Shown here piece after piece: positions 25,391 to 38,554 of a DNA stretch of 64,000 bases (within the stretch, counting starts at the first letter, position 1; the number at the start of each line of letters is the position of its first letter). Where the stretch lies: positions 558,001 to 622,000 of the forward strand of contig NW_025766581.1 in NCBI RefSeq assembly GCF_003918875.1, written 5' to 3'. A program made the translations under genes and the position numbers. The notes under the pieces are model-generated. The model searched no databases. It was not told where the DNA came from and saw only the letters and a list, made by a program, of their open reading frames with translations. The stretch is from Haliotis rubra (lineage: Eukaryota).

Positions 25391-27007
25391 TGATTGTTCA
25401 GTATTAAGCTAGTAGACTAATTATATGCTGTAAAATGACCACAAAGGTCAAGTACATTAATAAGTATTTCAAGCAGGGTAGCTGCACAAACACAATGCCC
25501 TTTGTATCATATTAAATCTATATGATATCGTATTAAAACTACCTTAACAGTATTAAGAGCAGACAAACAAATGGCACGTTCGGGCAATTGCTGTCCTTCC
25601 TCTGTTATTCTAACACGATAAACATCAACATTCGTGTCGCCTTCTTGAGTCATGACAATCCCAGTTACAGACCAGTGATCGTTCAATGTCCTAAGTACGA
25701 GACATGTCAACGGCGGCATATTCATGGCCTGCACTTCGATAGACCCAATGATAGCAACCTTATACGCCAAGGCGTTGTGGGTGTTGACGCGTTAAGCCAG
25801 GCGAGGTAGCGTCAGTTGATTGCCTTGTATTACCAGGTTGCAGATGTACCAGTCTTAAAGACACCACTGATAGATTTACCGGCTTTCACGCGTCTGTTAC
25901 ATGTCCTCTAAACATGACAACACCTCAAGACTATCCGAGATATGTCGGTGCATGTGTTCGAATTTCATAACGCATTCAACCTGTCGCTGAACTCGAAGTC
26001 CATTATCAGAAAAGGTAATTGGCTGAGTTAAGAGTTAATTGACGATTCATGGTAATTCATTCGAAGGCCTGGCCATAAAATGTTGATCAGATTGTATCGA
26101 TTTACACTAATATACTGGTTGCAAATATCCGATAATAGTTTTTCACCCCAGCTACGAACACAAAACAAAAGGTAAACATGAGTTGACAAGACTGTTAGGA
26201 GAATCGTAAGCTACAGACTACAAGGCCGGTATCTCTGGGTGAAAATAGAGTTGTTGGTTATCCACATATCTGAAGGACCACGTGTGTGGGAGGATTACGA
26301 AGAAACTATCGATTATCCAGACACGCAACAGGCTGAGTACTGGATATCTGCATTAGCCGGGATCTGTTCAATACAGTTGTGTCCACGAACGCAATGTAAC
26401 TTCATGTTTACGACCTGTGATTAGTTTTGTGCAAGAACTAGTTGAATGTAAAAGCCCACAGCCGATTTATTGAGTTGAGTTAAGTTGGGCTTTACGTCAC
26501 ATCGGCATTATTCCAGCCATATAGTGACGAGATCAAGTCTGCATTCATAAACATTTTAAGTACAAAGTCAAAGTCAAAGTTTTATTTTAAAAACATATAT
26601 ATACATTATTATTAAAAAAACCCAGTCAAGTAGGCCTGTTGTTTAATGAATACATATACAAGGTTAATATAACAAATAGGTGCATTGGATTCTGTCGGAG
26701 GTATGAATAGCTATCGAATTCTACAGAACAGAGGTCATTCCTTTATCTGATATTGATAATCCCTCGCTAAACGAATTTAATAAAAGTAAGCTTCCTTTAT
26801 GGGTTTAAAGTGATCTCGGGTGGTTGAATTGAGTTGACGGAGTTTAGATTCTGTCGGGTACAATTGTACAAACAGTCTGTTATTCAATACATAACGACAG
26901 GCACCTTATATCTGATCCCGACTAACCTGGCCGACCTCTTTACCGAGGGAGGTTTATACCCCGGGTACATCACATTCAGCTGGTTGTGTTTGGGGTGGGC
27001 TATGTAA

Positions 27008-27170
27008 GTGTGAGTGAGTGAGTATGGCTTTACGCCGCTTTTAGCAATATTCCAGCAATATCACGGCGGGGGACACCAGAAATGGGCTTCACACGTTGTA
27101 CCCATGTGGGGAATTGAACTCGGGCCTTTGGAGTGACGAGCGAACGCTTAAACCACTAGGCTACCCCACC
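27008..27170 (-). mobile_element. SINE family A
   Basis: Reverse complement of consensus. Confidence 0.88.
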
Positions 27171-28419
27171 TCAGCCCCCTGCCACAGCAAACACAAGTAG
27201 GACACTCGATCAGATATATTGAATATACATGTACATTGTCCTCAGCTAATTTACGATAGATATGATTTTCATAAAAAAACGAGTGGAGTTCAGTAAATAT
27301 TTGTATCAAAGAGTTCATTTCCATATACAGTATGTGTCATTTTATTAGCATTCATTCTTCTCGCATTCATAAATTCCGATTTAATGTTTGAATTTTGTTT
27401 CTCTTTTTTATTCAAATATCACTGTCAAGTTCCAACTAAACACGCTTGAGGTTCGGATAAATGTGTAGAGGCTTTGTGGTGAATTGTGGACAACTATGGC
27501 TGAGTTAAACAAGTACTTCTCTTGATGATTGTGGCAATTTGCGAAACACAGAAAATTGACCATCAGGCAACACTGGACATTTGTCCTTATCTTTTTCGTG
27601 AAGTTTTCGAAAAATATATTCATTTCTGATCAAACAATCATATTTGAACATTTGGAGCAAGAATCCAAACAAAGGTTTTAAAAAGGAAAAATAGTATAGG
27701 AAAGATGTGTACCGGATACTGAATAGTTCAATAGTCTGTGACGCATACTGTAAAATGCAGATCGAACTTGAAGAAAGACCTATTTTGACGTGGTCTATTA
27801 AAACGAAGTATTGACATTTCCAATTAACAAAATCGATGCCAGTATAACCATAAAATTGGCAATCACGTTTTCAGTTTGTCGTGACCTTGTTTTGTACAAG
27901 ATCGGATCGATGAACAGTCGTGTTTGTGTAGGGCTAGTAGACCCGGACAACATGTTTATGATTCATTCCCCCAGGTGATGTAAGGCTTCTCGTACGGTAC
28001 AATGCTTTAATCTTATCTCCTCAACACTTACAGGCCGGCTTTGATGTAGTACAGGCCGATAAGGAAGGCGTGTGTGTTCGTATGAATTTATATATTGACA
28101 GTCTCGTCTAACGCAGAGGTTGACAAACTGGGTGACCGTCTTTGACATGCAGCATTGTTACTTGAACCATCTCTGATATATGTAGCGTCATATATGATCA
28201 TACTAACAGGGATCATATTGGGACAGTGTGATAGGTGTTATATGACTTGCTATCGGGCTTTCAAGGGGACCCAGTGGCATATTTTATGATATTGTTCATG
28301 TGTCAATACCGAAACTGTTTTGAGAGTTGCTGTATATTTCAGAAGCGAATGGGCAAGTGCTGTACTTGACAAATATCGTCATTATAAGTATCAGGAGCCT
28401 CGTGGACATTCTGGTTAGA

Positions 28420-28985
28420 GTGTCTGAGTTTAGTTGGGGCTTTTTTAAAAGTTTTGCGCCGTTTTTAGCAATATAACTGCAATATAACGGCGAGGAACAC
28501 CAGCAATGGGCTTCACACATTGTACCCTTGTGGGGAATCGAACCCGGCGTGACGAGTGAACGCTATAACCAGTCGGCTACTCCACCGCCCCTCTGATAAG
28601 TCCCCAGACACAAATGCTTGTCGTGAGCAGGACTTAATGGTTAGGGTAGTCAGGCGTGGTGAAGGCGTGTCATCGTTACCTCAAGGCGTGTATGGCAATT
28701 GGAAGGTGCCTACAATAGGCAAGTTATCTATCAAAAGCAGATTTACATTTTTAAGCTTCCTTAACAAATTTGGCCTTTTGATAAGAATCATTACATCACT
28801 TGCATGATGTCAATAACTTACGAGGGGCGGTGGGGTAGCCTAGCGGTTAAATCCTCCGCTCGTCACGCCGAAGACCCGGGTTCGATTCCCCACATAGGTA
28901 CAATGTGTTAAGCCCATTTCTGGTGTACCCCGCCTTGATAACACTGGAATGTTGCTAAAAGCGTCGTAAAACTAAACTCACACAC
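28420..28985. mobile_element. Two divergently oriented family A SINEs (28420-28590 minus; 28823-28985 plus)
   Basis: Both match the consensus. Confidence 0.82.
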
Positions 28986-29202
28986 TCGATAACTTCTACA
29001 AATATGTTGGATCCAAAGTTGGTATGTACTTTTTTCGTAAGGCCACATATCCACCACACTCAAATATATAGTGAATCTCCGTCTTGTTATTAGTACTGCA
29101 CAAATTACCCTTTCTATTAATACGCAGCCTTCAATACATCTAGTATTACAACGTAACAGTAGTTCATTTAATCTCAGCAAACATGTGGCTTCTTTGTTCC
29201 CT

Positions 29203-29367
29203 GGGGCGGTGGGGTAGCCTAGTGGTTAAAGCGTTGGCTCGTCACGCCCGGGTTCGAATCCCCACATGGGTACAATGTGTGAAGCCCATTTCTGGTGTCC
29301 CCCCGCCGTGATGTTGCTGGAATATTGATAAAAGCGGCGTAAAACCAAACTCAGTCAGTCAGTCAGT
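29203..29367 (+). mobile_element. SINE family A, AGTC-tail variant
   Basis: TSD tttgttccct. Confidence 0.9.
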
Positions 29368-29919
29368 ATTTGTTCCCTTATATTCGATCAACTCGGTCAT
29401 TACCATGTTTCTGACCAGCTATTGCGGGACACACCTCCAACAGTGACCACGTGGAATAATAAGCAGTGACCACTTGGAAATGAAATCGACACGCAAACCG
29501 AAATCCACAACACCACGTAATGACCACGCAGTGACCAGACATCAAACTCACATTAATCAAAGCAACTAGTACGTGGTAGAAGCTTGATCACAATGCCTGT
29601 TACAGTCAGGAGCTCTGAATGGAAAAAACGACCTGTGAGAATGTTTATATCGAATTTAGAAGTTGTGTTTGTTATATTGGCAGGGCATGAGATTGATCAC
29701 TCTCGCTAGGAACTCATAATTACAACACCAGTATGCTGGTTTGTCAACTGGACCCATGCTATCCTTGTTAATTTATATCTAATACCCCATGTAGACCTCC
29801 CTGCTTGTCATTTGTCGGCACAGTGACGACGTGTTATTTCCCACGACGTGATAACGGCTTATTGTTTGTTCCAGGTTTATGTCTACACAATTCCCGTGTC
29901 TAAAAATGTTAACGTGGCT

Positions 29920-30345
29920 GCTAGCAAATAGCAACAGTAGTAGTAGAAGCAGCAGCAGCAGCAGTAGAAGTAGTAGTAGCAGCAGTAGTAGTCGTAGCAG
30001 CTGCAGTAGTAGCAGCAGCACTAGTAGACGTAGTAGTAGCAGCAGCAGTAGAAGTAGTAGTAGCAGTAGTAATAGTAGCAGTTGCAGTAGCAGCAACAGC
30101 ATCAGTAGTAGTAGTAGTAGCATTAGCAGCAAAAGTAGTCGTGGCATCAGCGTAGTAGTGGTAGCAGCATCAACAGTAGTAGTAGCAGCAGCAGAAGAGG
30201 TAATAGTAGCAGCAGCGACAGTAGCAGCAGTAATAGTAGTAGCAGTAGTAGTAATAGTAGCAGCAGTAGTAATAGTAGCAGCAGCGACAGTAGCAGCAGT
30301 AATAGTAGTAGCAGTAGTAGTAATAGTAGCAGCAGTAGTAGAAGT
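29920..30345. repeat. Compound (AGT/AGC)n trinucleotide microsatellite
   Basis: Seen directly; accounts for the poly-S, poly-L and poly-V/A ORFs. Confidence 0.95.
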
Positions 30346-30628
30346 ACCACTACTTAGATGTTACAATGATATAAACGTTATAGCATAACAGTTTATACTC
30401 GCAGGAGTGCTCTCCCTTGGTGTGCTGCCTTCAAGGAAAACCCCGTGGTGTAAATAATCCAACATCGACATCATTATTCTCTTATATTTAATAAACAATT
30501 AAACAACAGATACAGAATGAAAGGAATACCAAGCAAATGGGGACAGGAGTTTCGGTTCTCGAGTCTTAACCTCCGGGGTTTTCTTCCGATCGATTCATCC
30601 TGCTCTTACGACTGACCCCTTACATATA

Positions 30629-32153
30629 TACTCAGCAGCAAAGAAAACGCCAGTACGAATTCAAAATCAGATAGGCACTGTAATCAAATCATTACACAAA
30701 TGGACATATTAGGCGGATCAAAAACATTTTTTGTGCATAAATATCTTGACACATCAATGAATAACTCAACTTAATTTCAAGACATTACGTGAACGTTTGC
30801 AGTCCTCCAGACTCTTGACTTCAGTATCTAGTGTGACCAACACGAGCGGCAATAACTACAGCACAGCGTCCATGCATGGAGTGCACCAATCGATTGATTA
30901 AGGCCATTGGCACCTGGAACCACACTCTGAGAAAGGCCTGGCGCAATAAATCGGCTGTGTTCGGCCTTGTTATGACATTATTCAGTCTCCTCTGAATTTC
31001 ATCCCAAAGCTGTTCAATTGGGTTTAAATCAGGACTAAGGGCTGGCCACTGCAGAATGTTGACACCATTCTGCTGTAGGAAGTCCCGTGTAGCTCTGGCA
31101 GTATGGGCCCGGGTGTTATCATGCTGGAAAATGTTGTTCCGGTGACGTGCGAAATGTGGTATGACGTGGGGTCTGAGAGCTTGGTCGATGTAGCGCACCG
31201 CTGTGATGCCATCTCCTGTCCCTGGACCAAGGTTCTGGAACACCACAGGACCCACTCTCTGGTTCAGGCCTATTCCACCCCATACCATGATGCTTGCTCC
31301 TCCCCATGAGTCTCTTTCCATAACACATTGGTCTGAGTAACGCTGGCCACGTCGTCGCCATATTCTTGTTCTGCCATCTGCAGTTCATACGCAGTACCGA
31401 CTCTCATCTGTGAACAGTTCTCCATTGCCTGTATCGCCAGTGTTGGTGTTGTAGGGCAAACTGTAGATGTTCACGCCGATGACGAGGGGTGAGGATACGT
31501 AAGCTCACGGTAAGGTCTACGGCAATGGAGGTTCCCGCTGTTAAGACATTGGCGTACTGTATCAGTACTAACTGGTCTTCCGTGTGTTCCCACTGTGTGG
31601 CGTGCTGTTTCGGATGCCTGCATGAAGGGATTCTGTACGTGCTATCGCACAACATGGCGGTCTTGTCGTCTTGTGGTCACCCTTGGTCTGCTAGTACGGG
31701 GGCGATCATTTGTGGTGTTGGTGGCCCAGAAACGTTGTTGAAGCCTGTAGATGGTCCGAACGTTGAGCTGGAAGTGATTGGCAACGGCTTGTGCAGCTTC
31801 AAGTCTTCCTAGCCCCTGGTTCCTCTGAGCTGTCGTGCGTTGCAGCATCCTGCTGACGTTGTAATGTGAATGTTTCAACCAGGTTTGGGGGTGCATTTTA
31901 TAGGGCTGGTCCTTGTGAACAGCACGTGCAGCATGAGGTGCATGAAAAACATGGAGAACTCCGTACCATCTCCGAGGTCAGGTTGCGTTTTTGAGACCAT
32001 TTCCTGGGTTCAATTTTGAGTTTAGGAAGGAATGTCTTTGCTCAGGTAAAGTTGGAGATGTTGTCAAAATATACAATCAAAACATTAAATGAGTTTACAG
32101 TTTTCCGTTTCTGTGAAGGAAAATTCAAACGACGTTTCATTTGCTGCTTAGTA
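30629..32153 (-). mobile_element. Tc1-like transposon (DD34E), decayed
   Basis: TIRs tactcagcagcaaagaaaacg and cgtttcatttgctgcttagta; TA TSD. Fragments DRPRTSRPRVTT, IMVWGGIG, FQHDNTRAH, WPALSPDLNPIEQLW, GHTRY. Confidence 0.92.
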
Positions 32154-32198
32154 TATTTCAAAATATTCGTCAGGCTCAGTTGATAAAATAGAGACCTT

Positions 32199-32738
32199 CT
32201 GGATGTGACTCCGATAGACACATCCTGGCCTATGAATGACTCTAAAATATAATTCTGGAATAAATCGTAATACTAACAAAAGAACCAGGACTGTGATCCA
32301 TGACTCACTGACAGGCGGGTTCAAGTTAAAAATATTCGCTGAATTACGCTGATATCGATGCAAACCGCACTTCAATAAATCGACGGTTAGGAGAGAATAT
32401 AGAAGAATAAAAACCCAAAACAAACAAACAACCCAAACAAAACATGAAAAGCTTTGCAAATTTGCAATGCCACTCTTACGCCTGTGAACGCATTAGCACA
32501 TTGATGGAGTCGGACATGTGATGTCATGTTTGTTTTGTTCTGTTGATATTCACGCAACAATCTAACTCATCAAATAGATAACGATGCGAAATAACCTCTC
32601 TTAGTTACCAGCTTAGACTAACATGAGGTCAGCAGACCTCAAGCCCTCCCTTCTAGATGTGACTCGGATAGACACATCCTGGCCTATGACTGACTCTAAA
32701 ATATAATTCTGGAATAAATCGTAATACTAACAAAAGAA
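32199..32738. repeat. ~87-bp direct repeats (32199-32284, 32652-32738) bracketing a segment also present at 41100-41350
   Basis: gatgtgactc(c/g)gatagacacatcctggcctatga...ctaacaaaagaa occurs twice. Confidence 0.85.
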
Positions 32739-32800
32739 AATAGTCGCTTAATGTATAGTCGACATCTAAAATTACTTTCCAGAAGTGTCAATACATAGCA

Positions 32801-32938
32801 CAGTCAAATACCGTTGTGTCGAACTCATGGTTGTCTCGAAGCAAAGGTTTGGTGCCTTCGTATGCTGTATGTCGAAGCTCGAATAACTCGAAAGTATTTA
32901 CGTACAACCCTTCAACTTCGACACAACAGTGTTGACTG
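32801..32938. mobile_element. Short pogo-like MITE
   Basis: TIRs cagtcaaataccgttgtgtcgaa and ttcgacacaacagtgttgactg, with TA on the right. Confidence 0.65.
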
Positions 32939-33125
32939 TATATTGTCGTAGGTTATATGGAAGGATTTAACACTATGTCGACACCATCACATACACACAA
33001 TATACAAAGATCTACCGTAGGCCTAAATACATAAAGAAATTAACTAGTTAAACAATCAACAAAATATGAAGCAACACTCAATGTTATATGCTTGTAATAA
33101 CGTATATAGTGTGTGATGGCATATT

Positions 33126-34635
33126 TTAACTTTCCTCGTTATGTTCATTTAGGGCAAAAGATACCTTCACTTCTCCACCACCACCAACAAATAGATGTCT
33201 CTCATTGTATAGATACAATGCAGTGGGAGAAGCCAGTCCATCTTCAGACACAAGAATGTCCTTGACAAACCGCCCAGACTCGGTCAGCTGGATCACCCTG
33301 CTGGTTTCATAGTCTGCCAGAAGGATGTCCCCAGTTCTGGTAGTCTTCACACCGAAGGGTCTGCTGAACGCCCCATCCTCAGCAGGGAAGTGCTCCCACA
33401 ATGCATCTCCCTGTGGTGTCAGGCAAACGAGAGACTTCCTATTCCAGTTGGATACGAGTATGTTTCCAGTACTTGTAACACACAACCTGTTATAACCACC
33501 TTTGTCCTTAAAACTTCGAGACAGAACGAGTTGGAGTTCCTTCCCCTCCATGTCCAGGATATCAATGGTTCCTGTATCAAACTTACACCCTACTAGCGTG
33601 GAAGGGGTTAACATACGTAGGCCAACATAACGACAGCTTGTCTTTATATCAGAGAGGCAAATGAGGTCAGGCGTGACAGCTAGTATCAATATCCTGAAGG
33701 AATCAGGGCAGAACACCATCACCTGGTTTTGTTCCAGGTGTGTTAGATCATGAGGTCTGGCCACGCCATACTCGCTATGGCAAGATTTGTCATTTCTAAC
33801 GTAAAATGACTTCACAGATGTATTGTGAACGTCGGACACAACAATGGTCTTGATGCCTTCAACATCAAGTACAAGTATGTCGAATACGTGGCCATGCTGC
33901 CGAGATTCATTCTTTAGGGCAACAGTGGTTGTATTCAAAAGTTTTGGACGAGACGAGCGGTCATGTAAATCCTGGAATGTACGACCAAGCTGACCAAAGG
34001 AAAGGTCTTCAATACCCTTCTTGACTTTTCAATGTCTTGTGATACGGAGACATCGTTTATATAATGCGTACAACCTGATCTTCATCTTCTGTTGGTCTGA
34101 TAGAAGGTTCTCATGAGCAGGATATAGTTCCATCAAGTCGTTGTCGCCAAGCATCTTCTTGAGAAAACCCTTTTCTGATTGGCCAACTGAATGTCTGTTT
34201 TGTTTTTGATTCACATCATCTGATAACAGCCCAAACTGGTTCTCAGACACTCCATCAAGTGTGTCCATCAACTCTTTCTCTTTCTGTCTAAACTGACTGA
34301 TAGTTGTATGACTGGCACATCGAATTTCCGATTGAATGCGAGTTCTTGTTTTACGATGCCTCGACAATGCTTGCCTTTAATCTTTGTATATTTTGAAGTT
34401 TCGTTTGGATTGTTCTGGAGATTGATTCCTTCTTTCAGATGAATTCGGCCGCCAAATCCAACTTCTTCGATTCGGTGCTGACACCATTTTGGCATCTCGC
34501 CTCTGCTTCCTTTGGATCTGTGCAACCTTCTCTGCTTTGACCCGGACACGGTTCCAGTGTTTTCTTCATCTTTACCACGTTTGATCTTCCAGGATTTCCA
34601 CAACTTCTTTTCCCCTAGATCGTGTCTGGGGGCAT
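33126..34635 (-). pseudogene. Disrupted paralog of the coiled-coil/NHL gene at 38555-40060
   Basis: Removing one C after the ATG at 34635 gives MPQTRSRGKRSCGNPG (paralog MPQTRSSRKRDLGNPA). Further stops and frameshifts near 34440, 34350 and 34030. Coiled coil RQKEKELMDTLD; intact 270-aa NHL region (RPFGVKTTRTGDILLADY). Confidence 0.85.
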
Positions 34636-35132
34636 CGTGAAGACGTTTGACGACCCAACCCTCAACAATGTACAATAACGTTATCAGAGTCAGATGGGGC
34701 AGGAGCAGGGGAGGTTTACCTAAAATAACAAAAGAAGTGTTAATGGTGCATATTTGAAGGCATGAGAGATGTCTTAACATTAAGTACTTCGAAGATACAG
34801 AAGGTTATCTGTAACGGTGTGCTTTCTTTCTTTTTAAACTGGGTTGTCTGGTCCAGACTCGATTAGTTACAGACCGCCGCCATATGGCTGGAATATTGCT
34901 GAGTGCGGCATAAAACTAAACTCACTCACTCCTTCAAACTACTTCACTTGAACGTGTACTATGTAAGGACAGGAGACACCACTTCTCACAACCATCCGTG
35001 AACATCCTGGTTACAACTGATCTTCAGCTTCAGACTAACGGGATCGGGTGGTTAGGCTCGCTGACTTGGTTCACTCGTGTCATCGTATCCCAACTTCGTA
35101 GATCGATGTTCATGCTGTTGATTACTGGATTG

Positions 35133-37256
35133 TCTGGTCCAGACTCGATTATTTATCCAGGCCACCGCCATATAGCTGGAATAGTGCTGAGTTTGTTAAA
35201 CAACAAACCAAACCAATCTTCTCACAACGTAACCAATATCCACGCAAGTACCTGTTGGGCGTGGGTGTGAAGGCTCGGTAATCGCTTTGAGGCATATCTT
35301 CCAAGCTGAAATCCCGCTGAGACATAACTTAAAGTTTGCTAAAAGCAGCACCTCATAAAACTCACCAGCCTAGTATAACTTAGAGGCTTGCTGTCTTCAC
35401 GATACAAAACACACGTGGTTTACGCTCACTGCTTGAAGTTCAGTATTGTCCAAATACAATGTGTGGCTAATGCATAGTGCTGTATTTCCCTACTTGTCGA
35501 CGCATCGTCACCGTTCCTTTGTCCATACAAGCTTGACAACACCCCTCGTACATGACAACACCCTCGACCTCTGGATGATACGGCCTTAATCACACATGAA
35601 CAACTCGGTTGCCAAATAGATGACCTTTTGGACTCCTTTGCACAATTGTCATTTGAATACGACCTGTAAAGCTGTGATACGTCTCTTTACACTCCTGTCA
35701 ACCTGTTTTGTCTACTTTCTGCTAAATGTCTGGTCCTTTTTCTGTTGTAAATACAAACCAGAAACACTTACCACAATCATAAGACTCCGTCGTACGCAAT
35801 TCCGACAACGTCATACATTGGTTTATGAATGGTAGTGTGAGTGAGTTGGGTTTTACGCCGCTTTTAGCAATATACCACCAATATCAGGCAGGGGACACAA
35901 GAAATGGGCTTCATACAATCATACCCATGTGGGGAATCGAACCCGGGTCTTCGGCGTGCCGAGCGAACGCTTTAACCACAGGGCTCACCCCATCGCCCGG
36001 GTTTATGAATAACTACGGAATAGTGATAATACCAGGTGAGCTTTTCCGATATCCTTATCGGTGTCGCACGTCATAAACGACATGCAAAGGCAAGCTAACT
36101 GTTTACCCAGGATAACATCAAGGGAAACCGTTGTGCAAGTTAAAACCAGTGAATTGCATTGAACTTTGCTGATGCGTCCATTACGGAAATGTCTCTCGTT
36201 TGAAAGGTTCTCTGGTCCAGACTCGATTATTTATCCAGACCACCGCCATATAGCTGGAATAGTGCTGAGTTTGTTAAACAACAAACCAAACCAATCTTCT
36301 CACAAAGTAACCGATATCCACGCAAGTACCTGTTGGGCGTCTCTTTACTGGTGTGAAGGCTCGGTAATCACTTTAGGCATATCTTCCAAGCTGATATCCC
36401 ATGACATAACTTAAAGTTTGCTAAAAGCAGCACCTCATAAAAACTCACCAGCCTAGTATAACTTTGAGGCTTGCTGTCTTCACGATACAAAACACACGTG
36501 GTTTACGCTCACTGCTTGAAGTTCAGTGTGTTCAAATACAATGTGTGGCTAATGCATAGTGCTGTATTTCCTACTTCTCGACGCATCGTCACCGTCACCG
36601 TTGTACAGACAACTTCGATCTGGATGATACATGACAACACCCCTCGACCTCTGGATGATACGGCCTTAATCACACATGAACAACTCGGTTGCCAAATAGA
36701 TGACCTTTGGACTCCTTTGCACAATTGTCATTTGAATACGATCTGTAAAGCTGTGATACGTCTCTTTACTTCCCTTGAACCTGTTTGTCTACTTTCTGCT
36801 AATGTCTGCTCTTTTCTGTTGTAAATACAAACCAGAAACACTTACCACAATCATAAAACTCCGTCGTACAATTCCGACAACGTCATACATTGGTTTATGA
36901 ATAGTGAGTGAGTGAGTTGGGTTTTACGCCGCTTTTTGCAATATACCACCAATATCAGAGCGGGGGACACAAGAAATGGACTTCATACAATGTACCCATG
37001 TGGGGAATCGAACAAGGTCTTAGGCGTGCCGAGCGAACGCTTTAACCACTGGGCTACCCCACCGCCCGGGTTTATGAATAACTACGGAATAGTGATAATA
37101 CCAGGTGAGCTTTTCCGACCTTATCGGTGTCGCACGTCATAAACACATGCAAAGGCAAGCCAACTGCTCACCTGATAACATCAAGGGGAAAACAGTGAAT
37201 TGCATTGAACTTTACTGATGCGTCCATTACGCAAATGTCCTCGTTTTGAAAGGTTC
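35133..37256. repeat. Tandem duplication, ~1.07-kb unit (35133-36210, 36211-37256), containing SINE A and family B pieces
   Basis: Co-linear high identity, both copies ending in ttgaaaggttc. Confidence 0.92.
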
Positions 37257-38077
37257 ACTGAGGTGTGGGTTCGAATCCCGGATGGGACGACAAAGTACTA
37301 GAATCTGTACTTTACTAAGGAAGTGTACTCAAAAATATAACATTGTTACATTTGACCACTTTCTAAATGGCATTCTGTATTCGTTCTTTTGAGAAGTATA
37401 TTTTGAAACCTCTGATATTTTGAAACAGGGATTTGGTGATACATTTGCATCACCCCAACACACAGCATCACCAACTACACCAATTTGCAGTATGATGTCA
37501 TTCACTCAGGAGAATTTCTCATCAGTCCTGGGTGCACAAATTGACATTCACTAACTGAACCGAACCGAGGCGTATACGTGAAGAGTCTCAGTAATTAACA
37601 GTATTCTCTGTTGCATTGTTTAATAATGATATAACTATACGCTTGTTTGTCTCTAACCAGGGTATTCCATGCATTGTATGGACCATACTTGACTTTGAAT
37701 TGACTAAGTGTTAATGTCGTAACAAATACAAATACCAATACTCACATTCGATGGTGACACAAACCTTTATTTATTTGTTCACATTTAACATGACATCGAA
37801 GCAATGTTTGCCATTAACGACAGTTGAATCATTTATCAGTAGAAACTGGACAAGTGTTTCGGGAGAACACTGGACGTCTACAATATAAGTAGAGAGTTGC
37901 TATCATTTTGCAATAAAATCAAACAAAATGAATATTGTTTCACGCCGATTTTAGTAATATTCCAGCAATATCACTCCCGCTGACATCAGAAATGGGCTTC
38001 ACACATAGTACACATGTCGGCGAGACGAGTGAACGCTTTAACCACTAGGCTACCCCACCACCCCTCTGGTTAGAATA

Positions 38078-38221
38078 GGAGCGGTGGGGTAGCCTAATGG
38101 TTAAAGCGTTGGCTCGTCACGCCGAAGGCCCGGGTTCGAATCCCCACATGGGCACAATGTGTGAAGATGTTGCTGGATATTTGCTAAAAGCGGCGTAAAA
38201 ACCAAACTCAGTCAGTCAGTC
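38078..38221 (+). mobile_element. SINE family A, AGTC tail, internal deletion; an inverted copy lies at 37930-38064
   Basis: TSD tctggttagaata. Confidence 0.88.
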
Positions 38222-38554
38222 TGGTTAGAATAAGTCCCCAGAAGCCAATGCTTGTCGTATGATGGGACCTAATGGTTAGGTTAGGCAGGTGTGGTTAGAG
38301 AGAGAGAGAGAGAGAGAGAGAGAGTCTGTATTATGTCTATATGTAGACCATCTGCCCATGTATAAAAGTAAATCAATACATATATGGCAATTGGCTTGTA
38401 CCTAAAATAATATTATCTTTCAAAAGCAAATTTTGCCCATTTGATCAGATTCATTACATCACTTGATGTCAATAACTTACGAGGGGCTGTGCGGTAGGCT
38501 AGGGGTTATTCCATCGCTCGTCACACCGAAGACGCGCTCATGACGAGGTAGGTA

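Noticed and set aside
29779-30388. Poly-Leu/Ser/Val ORFs
   Set aside because: They are translations of an (AGT/AGC)n microsatellite.
34268-34780. 170-aa ORF as a real gene
   Set aside because: It is an off-frame reading of the pseudogene 5' end; homology to the paralog lies in another frame.
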